A stretch of 64,000 nucleotides of DNA from Lama guanicoe. Lineage: Eukaryota. The notes below the pieces were generated by a model that was not told the DNA's origin, made no database searches, and worked only from the letters and a program-made list of their open reading frames with translations. Positions 36,909 to 50,362 of the stretch are shown here, one piece after another. The stretch's first letter is position 1. Each line of letters begins with the position of its first letter. The position numbers and the translations under genes were made by a program. The stretch is from NCBI GenBank assembly GCA_013239625.1, contig MU053881.1, positions 8,207,957 through 8,271,956 on the forward strand, read 5' to 3'.

Positions 36909-38846
36909 GTAGGTGCTGACCCACCCCTGCACCCCTCCCTGCCCCTCGAGGGTCTGCTCTGTCTCCAGCCGTCTGTCAGAGCTGCGCATCTCATCAGGGG
37001 TGACTTCTAAAACCACTGCCCTCTTTCTTCTGTGGGTCACACGAAGACTCAGATGCTGAAACTGGTGTGAACCTGCGTCTGAGGGTCCATTTGTCATTCG
37101 CTGCCCTAAGTCCCTCTGCTGACATTGACCTCTTACTCTACATATTTTTGCATAGTTAAGAAAATCTTTAACCTACATTTTTACCCAGCATCCTTAAAGC
37201 ATAAGCAATTTCCCATTTTACGACAGCACGCTTTGGGCACGTAAGATTTTGACTGACTGCATGATTATGATAACAAACTACCACTGAGATATTATGTGGC
37301 CGGTATTATGTGAAGCACGTCTTCATGTGTTATTTTATTTAATTCTTACTTTCCATGTATTCATTTATTTCATTCCCCAACACCTCTGGGGTATTCTTGT
37401 TTTTAAAAATGAGAAAACTGAGGCTTACTGAAGTTAGATGACTTCTCAACATCACACAGTTAAGAGAATTCGAGGTCTTTCTGATTCCAGAGTGAGTGGT
37501 CCAGACCGCCAGGCTGTAACACTCCACCTTAACTTCTTGAACCAGTTCCTGGTTTTGAACTGTTAAGAGTATTTCCATTTTTTTTTCTTACCATGGCTGT
37601 ATAAAGGTCTTTCTCTATTTAAAATTATGTCCTTAGATAAGATTCAGAGAACAGAAATTACTTCACCAAAGTATGTTTATTACTAAGATCTTTACACTTA
37701 TTGCCAAATTGATTTCTAAAAAGGGTTGTAACCAGTTTATGCTCCCAGTAAGTGCATTTTTCGTCAGACTCTTGCATTATTTTATCTTATTTTGTAATCA
37801 TGGCTAATTCAATAGATGAAAAATTTTATCTCCTTATATTTTGTCTTTGATTAGTGGGGAAACTTTTTTTTTCAAAAATTTACTTTCCATTTGTATTACA
37901 CACACATGTGTCTGCTAATGTCCTTTGCTCATTGTGTCCCTGGGACACCTGGTCTCCCCGGGACAGATAATGTCCCTGTTGTAAGGTGAAGCCAGGGCTG
38001 GGCCAACTGGTGTAGATTCTTAGTCAAGCCATTCTGTTTACCGCGCCCACAAATGGTCAGACTCCCTCTGGGGTTCATCTCAACCCAGTCTCCAAATTGA
38101 TGACTGTTATTCCGGGATCATTTCAAGTTCTGGCATTAAATAGGGCCTGATTATCTGGGGCTTCATCCAAGTTGGCTGAGCAGTGGGGCAGCCTCTGTTG
38201 CAAAGCCGTGTGCAGGGACAATGACCTCCCTCCCTCCAGCCCTTAAGCTGAGGAGAGCAGAATACAGCCGAAACTGGCATGGGTACAGAGTGTACCTGAG
38301 CACGGCTGGCCGTCCATCGTCAGTGTCACTGCTATGTCTTGTGGGGCCATTTCTTACTTCTTCCTGCCAACCCCAGGGTTCCGCAAGGCGTACTTCGTAT
38401 GTGTGCCTTTGGCCCAGGCATTGCGCCCTCCTTAGCCTGGCACAGACTACTCCATGGGGAGGGAAGGAAGAATGGGAGTTCCAAACAGAACCCGGGCCCA
38501 TGGCTTCCCGAACATAAAAAGTTACACAAGGGGTTTCTAATTATGGTGCATTGTTTGCAGATTAGCACCAAAATCGGATCAGGCTAATTACAGTAATTGA
38601 TTTGACTGCAGAAGTGCTTCTGAATGATGTCCCACTGTGATCTTCTTTCTCACTGGATGATGGCTGAGTTAATGGGACTCTGGCTGGACTGGATGTTCTG
38701 GCTGAAGAGGGCCAGCTGCCCTCCGGGCATAGATGTGGAGGGGCCAGGAGCTGGCTGAGGAAGGGGCCAGAGCGAAGGGGAAGGGAGGTGTGACAGTGAG
38801 CCTACTTGGGGACCTGCCACCAACGCTCTGTGGTTTTGCTGTCCAG

Positions 38847-38971
38847 GGCCAGTGGACATCAACATAGTGGCCAAGTGCAATGCCTGCCTCTCCGGCCCCT
38901 GCAAGAACAACGGGACGTGTAGCCAGGACCCTGTGGAGCTGTACCGCTGCGCCTGCCCCTACGGCTACAAG
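38847..38971 (+). CDS. SLIT3: SLIT3 exon ~26 (EGF1)
   Basis: gtccag|GG CCA GTG...TAC AAG|gtacgg; 125 nt; [42 protein letters not shown]. Confidence 0.95.
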
Positions 38972-41185
38972 GTACGGCCGGGGGCCCCGACTCCCACCAT
39001 CCCCGCCCAGGAACAGGCGCTGTGCACTGCTGCCCCTCCCTTCTCCGAGGCCAGCGAATAACTCCACAGATCACCTCCACATGGCACTTGCAGCAACACT
39101 TCTGGCCTTCCCAGAGCTGGTGGGGGCTGCCCAGCTGTCTCCTATTCATGCCAATCACAGAGAACCCCAGAGTCCTGACAGTGAGGCTGCGAGATAAGGA
39201 AGAAACATGATATTTGTATTTTCTTTCTTGAATATGGGGAAATGAAGACTCAGCTATAAGCACTTCCAAGCAAAGGCATCCCCTGAACCACTATCCTGAC
39301 TTCTTCCTTCCAAGGGGATTCCCTGTTCCGCCCCCACCTCCCCTCCCTGCCATCAGGACAGCCAGCCCTGAAAGTACCGGTTCCAGCTTAAGGAGAGTAC
39401 AGGGATGGGGGATTGAAAGCCTTAGGAGCTGCTACACCAACCCTCATCGTTGACAGGCTCAAGTCAGCCAACAGGGGCATGGAGATCTCAGTTCTCTGGT
39501 CTCCCCAGAAATCCAGGCTAATTCCAGAACAATCCTTCCCTCCCTTCTTCTCACCCAGAAGCATCCACACACATTATCCCACCTCCCTGCTAACATCTGT
39601 GAAGTATGGACAGTGTGCCAAGCACTCTGCTTGGCATTTTTACTCATCTTTTCTCTTTAAACACTCCCTGGGAGGAAGGACTCATTAATTCCCAGTTTAC
39701 AGATGTGGCAACTGGGCCCCACGCTGTTGACAGGGCTTGACTCATTGTCCCAAGTTTGTAAGCAGTGGGGTTGGTTTAGGACCCAGGGCTATGTAATTCC
39801 AAATCCCCCCCTTCCCCTGGAGTGTTTCCTGGATAGCTGAGGCCCTCGCTGTGCCTAACCAGCTGGGGTGGGGCTGGGGTGTCAGCAAAGCCACGACTGA
39901 GTCCTCTTTCCCAGACTCCAGCCTCCCCAGGGCACCCGTCTGAAAGCCCGAGGCAAGCTGAGAGTTTCCAGACAGTCCGCAGCCTGTCTAACGCACGCGC
40001 CTGGTACCAGCTGAGTGGGAGGGAGCTGGCGCCCCCGGGCCTCCTGCCCCCCGGGGGATTTGTGTGTGTAGTGACAGGCTTGAGGGACAGACTGGCTCTG
40101 GGGATTGAGGCTCCCTGGTGGTTTTCTCAGCCGTAGACGTGTTCCAGCAGACAGTGTCAGAGTGCCACCTACGGGCCGTGGATAAGAGAGCCAGAGTGTT
40201 CCTTTGAAGCCAGTGGGATGCCCCCCTCTCCCCCACCACCTCCCGCCCTGCGCAGCCAACCTCAGGGCTTCTAACTCATGGGACTCCCAGACCCATGCCC
40301 CTGCACATACACAAACCACACACACACTGTAGGGGAAGAGGAGAAATTAAGCAGACATGCTCAGGAGGCCTGGATCCTCAAACTGCCTCATATTATTCAG
40401 TGGAGAAAACTCAGGCTGTGCAGTTACACAGAGTTGCAGGTGTGGGTCCCGGCATTGTCATGTCCTAGCTGTGTGGTGATGACCAGTGGCTTCACCTCGG
40501 GCTTCTCAGCTGCGAACTAGGGCCTGTCACACAGGCTTGCTGTGAGAATCAGATGTATTGTAACATGCGCAGTGCACCTACAACAGTAAGTACTCAGTAG
40601 CTGTCACAAGGCTGCCTCTTACCGTCGCCCTACATGCTGGTCCCTAATACCAGGGTTTGGGGTGGGCCACCAGGAGCAGGTGGTGTGTTGCTGGTTTCAC
40701 CAGGGATTCTCAGCCTGTGACACTGAACTCTCAAGGATTGTCAGCTGCTTTCCTAGAACTGTGACATGTATTTATAGCACCCCCAATTCCATACACGTGC
40801 AGTTAGCTTTTTAAGCATCAACTACGGGCCGGGTACCTGGACTGTATACATTCATTCCTTCCTCTGATTTTCATCATCACCTGATGAGGTGGGTGGTGTC
40901 ATCCCTATTTTAAGGATAATCACTTCAAATTCAGAGTCTCACTTTCCTCTCTTTAAATTTGGCCTGAGTCTGAAAGTCCTGGAGCCAGGCTTGAAGCCCC
41001 AGCCTTCTTCTCACTACGCTTGATGACACGGTGAAGCTGAGCTGGCCATCAGTGTCAGAACAGAGAGGGTGTTTTGGACTTTGCTCACCAGATTCTGTAC
41101 ATCTTGTAGACTTTGGAAGAAACTGAACAGAGGTTTTGATATTTAGGAAGCTGTAGGGCCAAGGCAGGTATAGGATGCATTGTTC

Positions 41186-41354
41186 CTGCTGCAGCTGCTG
41201 CTGCTGATGGTGGTGGTGGTGGTGGTGATGATAATGGTAGTGGTGGTGGTGATGGTGGTGGTGATGATGGTGGTGATGATCATGGTGGTGGTGGTGGCGG
41301 TGATAATGATGGTGATGATTATGGTGGTGGTGGTGGTGATGGTGGTGATGATGG
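41186..41354. repeat. Compound trinucleotide repeat (CTG)n-(GTG/ATG)n
   Basis: ctgctgctg followed by ~50 mixed gtg/atg triplets. Confidence 0.93.
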
Positions 41355-42220
41355 CCCCAACAACAGTACCATTAGCAGCTAGCATGTATGAAGTGCATAC
41401 TGAGTACTAACACTGTACTAAACAAAGTACATGCATCATCTTGCATTCTCCTCATTAAAGCCTTAGGAGGCAGGTCCTAAAATGATCTTCCTTTTACGGT
41501 TGAGGAAACTGGGCATAGTGGATGAGGGAGTCAGGCAGAGCTCAGAGCCAACTGATTCCAGAATACATGCTCTTGGCCACTGCATTCACTGTCCATTGGC
41601 AAGCACCATGATGGCAGGGCGTGACTCGTGTGGATGATTGTCCCTAGCCATTTATGACCTGCCTGGACTCCAGGACGGGGTGGGGGGGGTATGACTGGGA
41701 AATCCCCATCACTGTCGAAACGGCTTGACTGAGTGTCCCAAGCCCTGGGGAAGAACACCGGCAGGACCTCCTGGAGCCTGTTCCCACCGGATCGCATGGC
41801 CTCGGGCAGCTCCGGCTCCCCTCCTCACCTTGGCTGTGTAATGCAACGGACTGAACCAGGGAGGGTCCTTTAATTGCGGGTTGCATCTCACCCTTCCTCC
41901 CAAGTTGCTTCCCCCTGCTCTCTTTCCTGCCAGGGTTGAAGCCCACCCAAGCAGAGCGACTGAGGTCGTAGTTCTGTGTGAGTTGCTAATTTGGCAACAG
42001 TCACCAGACACCCGCAGAATGAAGCTCAAAGTACAGGCATTTATCTAGCCATTCCCAGATATCTCCATTTTTCCATCCATTAGCGAGTGACCTTCGGAAG
42101 CCACAGTATTACATAAAAAGCATGGCAGCCACTGTTTAATGTTTAGTAGCAGCTACTATTAATCTGTTTTAATGCCAGGCCTTTAAGAAGCAGTGTAAGT
42201 GCTTTATCTCATTTAATACC

Positions 42221-42522
42221 TTTTTTTATTGAAGTATAGTTAATTTACAATGTGTTAATTTCTGATGAGTAGCATAGTAATTCAGAGATACATATATGTA
42301 TATATATATATATTCCTTTTCATATTCTTTTTCATTGTAGGCTCTTACAAGATTTTAAATATAGTTATCTGTGTTATACAGTAGGATTCTGTTGTTTATT
42401 TTATATATACTAGTCAGTATCTGCAAATCACAAACTCCCAATTTCTCCTTCCTTACCCCCCATACCCTATCTGGTAACCATAAGTCTGTTTTCTATGTCT
42501 TTGAATCTGTTTCTGTCTTGTG
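42221..42522 (-). mobile_element. LINE-1 3' terminal fragment inserted into a MIR
   Basis: tttttttattgaagtatagttaatttacaatg...ggtaaccataagtctgttttctatgtc; MIR sequence resumes on both sides. Confidence 0.85.
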
Positions 42523-42954
42523 TCATACAATACTCTTAATCATCCTCTGAATTAAGTTGTATTATCCTCTTTTGATAGGTGAGGAAACTGAGGTTCAGAA
42601 AAATTGAAAAATGTACCCAAGCTCGCACACCGAGGGAGCACATGTGCTAAACCCAGAACTCAGCTCTCTGTTGCAGCAAAGTCTATCCCCAACCACTCCA
42701 CTAGGAACTGATTCTCTATAAACCTCACTTTTCCCACCTATAAATGGGAATAACTACTCACTGCAGAGCTGTTTTGTAAGCATAGTAAGAGGTCATATGT
42801 GGACTGGGCCTGCCTCAGTGCCAAGGTTCAGGAGACACTTAACGAAGGATAGCTGTTTTGCCACTATTCTAAGACTTGAAGAAACCAGATATACATTTTG
42901 GCTGTTTCTTCTTCAGCCATTTAGCTTCAGACACAGATGTTCAGTGTCTCAGAG

Positions 42955-43118
42955 CAGTGCTTCTCACACTTTAAGGTGCACAAGAATCACGTGGAGACCT
43001 CGTTAAAGTACAGGTTCTGATCCGTTAGCTCTCAGATCAGGCCTGAGACTTGTATGTTTAACAAGCTCCCAGGGGATGGCAATGCTAGTCGTCCAAGGAC
43101 CACACTTTGAGTAGCAAG
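42955..43118. mobile_element. MER5-family hAT MITE
   Basis: cagtgcttctcacacttt...aacaagctcccagg...ggaccacactttgagtagca. Confidence 0.75.
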
Positions 43119-45675
43119 GTCTTCAAGCTGCCCTACCGGCCCCATCTCAGAAATGGGTTTTCGATGGGGGTAGCTTTTCCCAAGCTCCTGTAAAGGAAGC
43201 TAGAAGCCCCAGCCGTGTCCTTTACCCTTGACACACACACACATACACCAGGGAAGGGGATGTGGCGGGTAGCCAAGGAGCATCACAAATCTAGCGGGTT
43301 TGAGAAAACAGAGACTGAAGAGCGTTGAACTGAGCTGACTGGCTAGGCACTGACAGTAGTGATTGTTTCTCAAGAACATGCAAGTGACAGAAATCCCCAC
43401 CTCCAGGCCCAGTTACCACATTACCATGTTCTAGGCGCTGCCTCCTGGATTTCAGTGCTTGGGGGCTAGAGGAGACACACCCGCCCCCACCTCCACCCCT
43501 GCCCCCAGGGGAGGAATCCACCTGGAGTCCCTGGTACTTAAGAGTCCCCAGAGCAGAGAGGCTGGTCCAGGCAGGGGCCAAGGGGACCCTGCCTTGACCT
43601 GCTCAGGGTTCTCCTGTCCTGCAATTCACGGCCCATTCATCCGGCACCACCACCACCAGCACACATCCATACACTCCTGAACTATTCAGCAGCAACCAAA
43701 AACCCGAGAAAGCCTTTTAATCGCCTACATGCAGCCCTACCTCAGGCCCCCATCACCCCCATATCTGAATCGCTCTCAGTTACGGTGCTACCATTACCTG
43801 CTGGGTGCCTCATGTGAGTATGGCTTCTCATCATTCGTTAGCCCCTGTAGGGTAGATATTATTCCCATTTTACAGATGAACACAAGTCTCAGAACTAGTC
43901 GTTTCCTCCAGGCACACAGCAGCCGCCAGACTAGAATGTGCACTCAGACCTGTCTAACGCCCGAGCCCGTGTTTTGAGAGGGGCGGGGTGAGTGGCCGGC
44001 ACCGGGCGTCCCAGCGCCGGCTTTGGACCAGGTGTCTGGGTCCAGCGGCTGCCTGTTCCACTTACTGCAGCGCGATCTTGGATGCCCCACCTCACCCTCC
44101 AAGTCTGCCTTCCCTGTCTGTGTAAATGGGGGTGATAACAATCATACCCATCTCACAGGGGTGTGGAGAACACCCCACGCCATCATGAGTGTGAAACAGC
44201 AGGAGGCATGGACTGGAGAGCGTGCGCCATAAACGGGAGTGAGGATGGGCGCTGCCGCTTCCCTCCACACACGGGCTTTCTGAGAGGGATCCCGCGCTGC
44301 TCTGGGGTAGGACGAACCCAGATCTCACCCCAAACCGCATCTCCTTCTCCCCTCCGAGAAACCTCTGGCGGGCCCTTCAGCTGTGACGGGGCCTGGAGAG
44401 ACCCACACAGACGCGGCTGTGCCTTCCAGCAGCTGGAGCCGGGGCCCGAGGCTCGCGCGTTTGAGACCGTAGGAGGAAGGCAGAGGCCTGGGCACGGCTG
44501 ACAGCAGCATCCAGCCAGGAACCCCGGTCCCATGTGTCACGGGCACTGGCGGTAGCAGCAGAGCAGGGAAGTGGATTTTCCCGGGCAGATGGCGAGCAGG
44601 TGGTGTGGCAGTAGGGAGGCTCCCATGCTCATCCCCCCCTGGCATGGTGCCCACCCCGTACCCACAGCCCAAAACAAACGCAGCAGCCTCCCCGCCAGAT
44701 CCCACAGGTCCTCCAGGGGACTGCTTGCCAAGACTTGGGCGCGCTGCTGGTCCATTGATCCCAGGGGAAGAGCTGGAGGCAGAGGACCAGGAGTTGCCTG
44801 CTCCCTGAGATGCTGGGTCTTAACGTGTAGTCTGTGCCATGGCCTCCCTCCACCGGGCCTTTGCCCTGGCCGTTCCTTCTGCCTGGCAGGCTCTTCCCCA
44901 CCCACCACACGGTTGGCAGCTTCTCAGCCCAGACATCCCCTTCAAGGGGGCCTTCTCCAGAGGAATCCCACTCACCCCAAAACTCTCTCACACAGGGGAT
45001 CTCAGTCTGGCCTAATGTGAGGACCACCTGCAGAACTTCAGAGTAAATACCAACACCTGGGCCCACGTCAGGCCAAAGATGACTCTCTGGGGGGTTGTCA
45101 CTCCAGAGGGCCAAGGTCTGCTGGCCATACTTCAGCCTGAATCTGCCCCACTCAACTTGTGGGTCATGGTTAGGTCTCGGCGAGGCCAGTGGCACCTGCA
45201 GAAGGCCTGCTGTATGCTAGCTGTGTCGTGGAACGTTCAGTGCTTCCTGCTGTGAAAGGTCTAGTTTCATTCTGGTAAGAGCTCTATGAAGTAGGCTTGG
45301 AGAAGTTGAAAGGCTCATACAGGGTCAAGGTCAGCCAACCAGGAAGAGATGAAGCCGGAATGCAAAACTAGGTCTCCCTGGATCCAAAGCCCGTGCTCTT
45401 GGGCAATGGGTTAGGAGAGCGAGAAGGGACTGAATTCTGGGCAGGAGTGGACTGGGGCCCAGACCCCTGAGTCCTGCATTCCTCCCTTTCTCACTGCGGA
45501 GTGACCAAAGGCAAGTGCTCCCTTGGGCTTTCCCCAGGCCACCCAGCAGGCTTGTCACAGGACCTCCATGTGGCCATCTCCCTGGCCTCCCCGCAAAGGA
45601 CCCCAGGGGTCTCTTCGTCATGGCAGCCACTGGAAGCCTCCCTAACCATGTGCTTCTCCCTCCCCCGTTCCTCAG

Positions 45676-45773
45676 GGCAAAGACTGCACCACGCCCATCA
45701 ACACCTGCATCCAGAACCCCTGTCAGCATGGGGGCACCTGTCACCTGAGTGAGAGCCACAAGGACGGCTTCAG
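45676..45773 (+). CDS. SLIT3: SLIT3 exon ~27 (EGF2)
   Basis: cctcag|GGC AAA GAC...TTC AG|gtaaca; 98 nt; [33 protein letters not shown]. Confidence 0.95.
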
Positions 45774-46984
45774 GTAACAGCTCCCCTGGGGCCTCTCCTC
45801 CCCACAGCGGGCCGCGTGGTCAGGCTTCGGGGTGCCGAGGATGCACGGCTGTGTTCACGGAGGGCCTACCGTGCCCAGCCCTTGATGTGAATGAGTCCGA
45901 GGTTCTTCACAGCCTACACGGGGGCTGCTACTGTCCCTTTTGTCCAGATAAGGAAGTTGAAGTATCCCAGGGGTAAATCATTTGTCCACATTTAACACTG
46001 CAAGCACCGGTACAGGGATTTAAATTCAAGTGGTCCATCTCCAGAGCAGGGAGGACTCCAGGGGAAGCTAGAAGCTACAGTTGCTGGCTAAAGTCAGAGC
46101 AGGATGGGATGATGGATGAGATCTGCCAGCGTGTTAATTCCACCACTCTTGTCTGTGTTATAAAAAGCAGTAATGGTAGGTGACGTTGATTAAATGCTAT
46201 TATGTGCCAGGCCCTAGCCCTAAATCTCATGTAAATCCTCACAAGGACCCTATCTGTCTGGTACAGGTAGGTACTCTCCCCATTTAACAGAGGAGGAAAC
46301 TGAGGCATGGATATTGATTTGCTCTAGTTCCCATATCCTGACACTCATTCCTGTGTTCCAGCCCCACCTCTTCCTCCCCGGCATTAAGAGTTCAAGGAGG
46401 GAAGAAAAAAGGAGGGTGAGGATAGAACCCACTTAGGTATTTTTTTTTTCTCATCCCTGTCCTTGGAACAGGCATTCTAGACCTCTGCCAATCCTCGGGC
46501 CCCTTCCTGCCTCCCACCCTCCCCAGCTGCTTGCAGGTGTGCAGTTTCCCGGCCCACACCCTGGCAAAAGCCGACCAGCGGGAACTGACTCCTTCAGTGC
46601 CCCCAGTGAGCCAGTGGGGCAGGCGGTGGAAGGGCACCCAATGCCAAGCTGGGTGCGGAGGCCTGAGCGCTCAGGTCTCAAACCATCAGAGGCCCTCTGG
46701 CTGGGGTTGCTGTGTGGGCTGTGAAAGAAATCAGTTCTGGGCTCTGGGTTCTTCTCCCCAGGGAGCCCAGCCACCCGCAAGTCTGTCCGCCTGCCAAGCC
46801 AGTCCCATCAAACTCAACTCCCGAAAAGTGAAATTCAAGGCAGAGTTCGCTTTCCTGCCTGGAGCTGGCCAAACCACCCACTCCTGCCCTCTCACTGCAA
46901 GCGGGGCTGAGGAGAAACCACCCAGAAATCACACGGCGGTGGCCACCAGGCCCCGGCCAGGAAGCACACCTCCAGGGCTGGAAG

Positions 46985-47331
46985 CCTGGCTCTGCTCCCT
47001 CTGAAACCTGTAAGGGAGGGTCCTTGCTCGCCTCTTCCTGCTTCTGGCGGTTGCCGGCAGTTCCTGGCATTTCTTGGCTTGCAGCTGCATGATTCCAGTC
47101 AGTGCCTTCAGTGTCACATGGCCTTCTCCCTGTGTCTGTCTTCACACGGCTGTCTTCTTATAAGGACACCGGTCATACTGGTTTAGCAGCCCACCCCACT
47201 CCAGTGTTAACGTCATCTTCAGCTAAGGCCAGCTGCAGTGACCCGTTTCCCGATTAGGTCCCGTTCTGGCATACTGCGGCGGTTAAGATTTCAACATATC
47301 TTTTTGAGGGGACACAATTCAATCCATGACA
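46985..47331 (-). mobile_element. MLT1 (MaLR) LTR
   Basis: cctcttcctgcttctgg...ttcttggcttgcagctgcat...tcttcttataaggacacc...ggggacacaattcaatccatgaca. Confidence 0.85.
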
Positions 47332-49160
47332 CCTCTGACTAGTCAGAATCCTGCAAACATCACCTACCTCTTCATACAGATGCTTCTCCAGCCTTGACAC
47401 GTTGTCTGTCTGCTCACAAAAAGAGCAAAGGCTGCAGAGCTGGCCGGACAGGAGATGTGAGCTGCCTGTGACCCCACACCTAATGCATGGCTCTTGAAAT
47501 CTCCTTGACAGCCCTGCCCTCCCCTCTCCCCGCAAGGTCTCCAGTGAGGACAGAAGAGACTTTAGCCTCTTTCCCGCCCTCCGTCCACTCCATGAGCAAC
47601 CCCTGCTCCCTGGACCACCCCCCTCTTACCCCACTTCTGTGCAGTCCTAAGGCTCTGGGGAGAGTCAGAGAACCTCATTTCAGGAAAATAGGCAACCCTG
47701 TGGTTGAAGAGCTTTGGAAACCTACCCCTTGCCTGGATCTGAAGAAATGACCTTTTTCATGAATGCCAAGGGTCAAAAAAAAGGAGTCATTTTGCTCTGC
47801 CTCAAGAGCTCAGACCCGAGAACCCACCCCTCCTAACCCCTGCCTTTTGTAGAAAATGTGATGGTGCCGTTTTCAGGTCATAAAGGGAAGGAGGTTAAGC
47901 AGGATTCTAGGACCACAGAATTCCACCTCCTATTTGTTTAGTTGTGTTTTTTAGCTAAATCCCAAGTCAGAGCAGTCTCTGAAATGGCGAGAAGCCCAGA
48001 ATTCGAGGTCTGAGGCTGAAACTCAGGTTCACGGATGGGGTGTTCACCCCTGAGGAGGGGGGGGGCGGGCCACAGAGAGAGTCCCTGAATCGCTCATTTC
48101 ATCAGACACTCACTCCCACCTGCACCCTCCCAGTGCCCCGCACTCCTCATCTGCCCAGCCCTCATCTGTTTTGACTTATTTCGCATGCCTAATCCTGGGG
48201 ACGTGGCCAAGGTCAGGCAGAGGACAGGTGATGAGGTTTTTATCCAAGAGGTTTAGCACACCGGAGACAAGTTAAGGAAACGCGTCATGCTGATCTACAG
48301 GGTTTTAAGCCAAGCTCACCAGAAAGCCTCGATGTGGGGAGGAGGGGGGTCCTCGGCCCCATCCCCTCCTCCCCCAGAAACTGGAGGGGGCTCAGAAGCA
48401 GCAGGAATACTGGGAATAACAGGGAGAAATGGCATCCCTGTGGAAAGGTTAAGGAAGCGGGTGGTTTTGTTTAGAACTAAATCCAGTTAACATGTTCGGA
48501 GCATTTTCTCCTCGCTGTGTACCCTGCTAAACATTTTACTTGTATGATCTCATTTAATCCCTACAACCGCCTGGGGTGGATAATGCCACCAGTCCACAGG
48601 TGAGGATACCGCGATGCAGGATTCAGTTCCCGGGAAACCGGGCTGCAGAGCTGATCTTGGCCACTGTGGCCTCTCCCGCTCCCACTAGAAAGGCTGCCCT
48701 TGAGTAGAAAGCCGCAAAAAGCACGCGGTTTGTTACACTGTTTCTCTCTGTCTACCAGAGAGAGCGCCCACAGAACAGCTGATGGAAGGGCCACACGGGA
48801 GACAGCTGGAGGAGTGTACGCTCCGCCCCGGAAGCCACGTCCAGCTCGGGGAGGGAAGGAGGGGGAGGAGGCATTGCTGGTGGGAGCTGCCCCTGGGGCG
48901 AGGCGGGCAGCCAGGGCCAGGGAGACGCTGGGAGACAGCCCCGAGGCAGCGGGCTGGATGAAATGCCCCCTGGGCTCCTAAGGGCCTTCCTTCTCAGGAC
49001 CCCAAGGCCCCGGGTGTCCAAAGTACCGTCTTGGGCCTCCATCCGGGGGAGAAACCTGACTGGTTCTCCTTCCCACCCTGCACCTTTCCCTCTGCCGCTC
49101 CAACCCCCCCACCTCCCGGACCCCTGGCTCCCCTCTTCCCCACCCACGCATCCCCCGAAG

Positions 49161-49300
49161 CTGTTCCTGCCCCCTGGGCTTCGAGGGGCAGCGGTGTGAG
49201 ATCAACCCGGACGACTGCGAGGACAACGACTGTGAGAACAACGCCACCTGCGTGGACGGGGTCAACAACTACGTGTGTGTGTGCCCACCCAACTACACAG
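49161..49300 (+). CDS. SLIT3: SLIT3 exon ~28 (EGF2 end/EGF3)
   Basis: ccgaag|C TGT TCC TGC...TAC ACA G|gtgagg; 140 nt; [46 protein letters not shown]. Confidence 0.94.
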
Positions 49301-50089
49301 GTGAGGTCCCGACACCCGCCTGCGCCTGCGCGGGCCCAGGGGGGCGGTGGGGCCGGCGGGTCTTGTGCTGGAGGAATACCGTTTTCTTAGCTTCCTCCAA
49401 GGCCTCCACCTCCTTCCTTTCCTCCGGTGGACAGAGACTTGAAGCCCCCAAGCCCCACACTAGGCCACGAGGGGCTGCCCAGAGGCCCTCTGTCTTCCCT
49501 TCGCTTCCCCACCACTCCCCAGCAGGTAACTAGCTCCTTCCCACCTGGAGCGGGTTCCCAGGGCCCTCTCAGCTCTCCGTTCGTTGAGTTGGTGTGCATC
49601 CCTTCCCCTGGGAACCCCGGAGCCCCGGCGGTGGCTGAGGCCACCAGACAGGCCCTTGCACTGTGGCCGTGCTTTATTCGGGTCTGATCACCTTTCTCTC
49701 GAAATCTGCATTTTGCAGACACTCTGCCAGGAGCTGGGGGTACAGAAATGAGCAAGACAAAGTTCCCTCTCATAATAACAAGTGTAGGGAGAGAGATGTA
49801 TTCGACAGAATGAGAACATAATACCGGTAAGCCCAGGGGTTGGTGGGATCACAGAGGACGCCAACCCTCCCGGAGAGTAAAGGAAGGCGCCCCACAGGAG
49901 GCGCCCCCTCAGGGTAATCTCTGTACCCGCCCGCCCCACAACACAACACCTTTGTCTCTTGTATTAAGAGCCCCTAATGAGGACCTTACATGTGCTGTAA
50001 GATTGTAAAGCAAAATACCACCAAGTGGTGTAAACACAGACTTGCCACCAAGATCAGCCTAAAGTGGCATATCTCAAACTGGAACTCCA

Positions 50090-50362
50090 TAAATTCTATG
50101 AATTCTTCAAAGAAGAGGCTCCAAGGGCAAAAAAATTGGGGAAGCACTGCATATAATAATAACTTTCTTCTCTAAGCAACATGATACAAATTAGCATATT
50201 AGAGGTTCCCATGATTCCTGCTTTAAAGAAAGCCATTTAACGTTGTTTAACCCGGCAGGTCCCAAACTCATTTGATCTCAGAGCTTCCCTCCTACCCTAC
50301 CCGGAAATACTCTTGCCAACCCAGACAACATGTGTTCCAAGAAACATATTTTGAGAAACGCT
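50090..50362. mobile_element. hAT-Charlie MITE (MER112-like)
   Basis: aattagcatattagagg...ttgtttaacccggcaggtcccaaactcatttg...ttttgagaaacgct. Confidence 0.6.
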
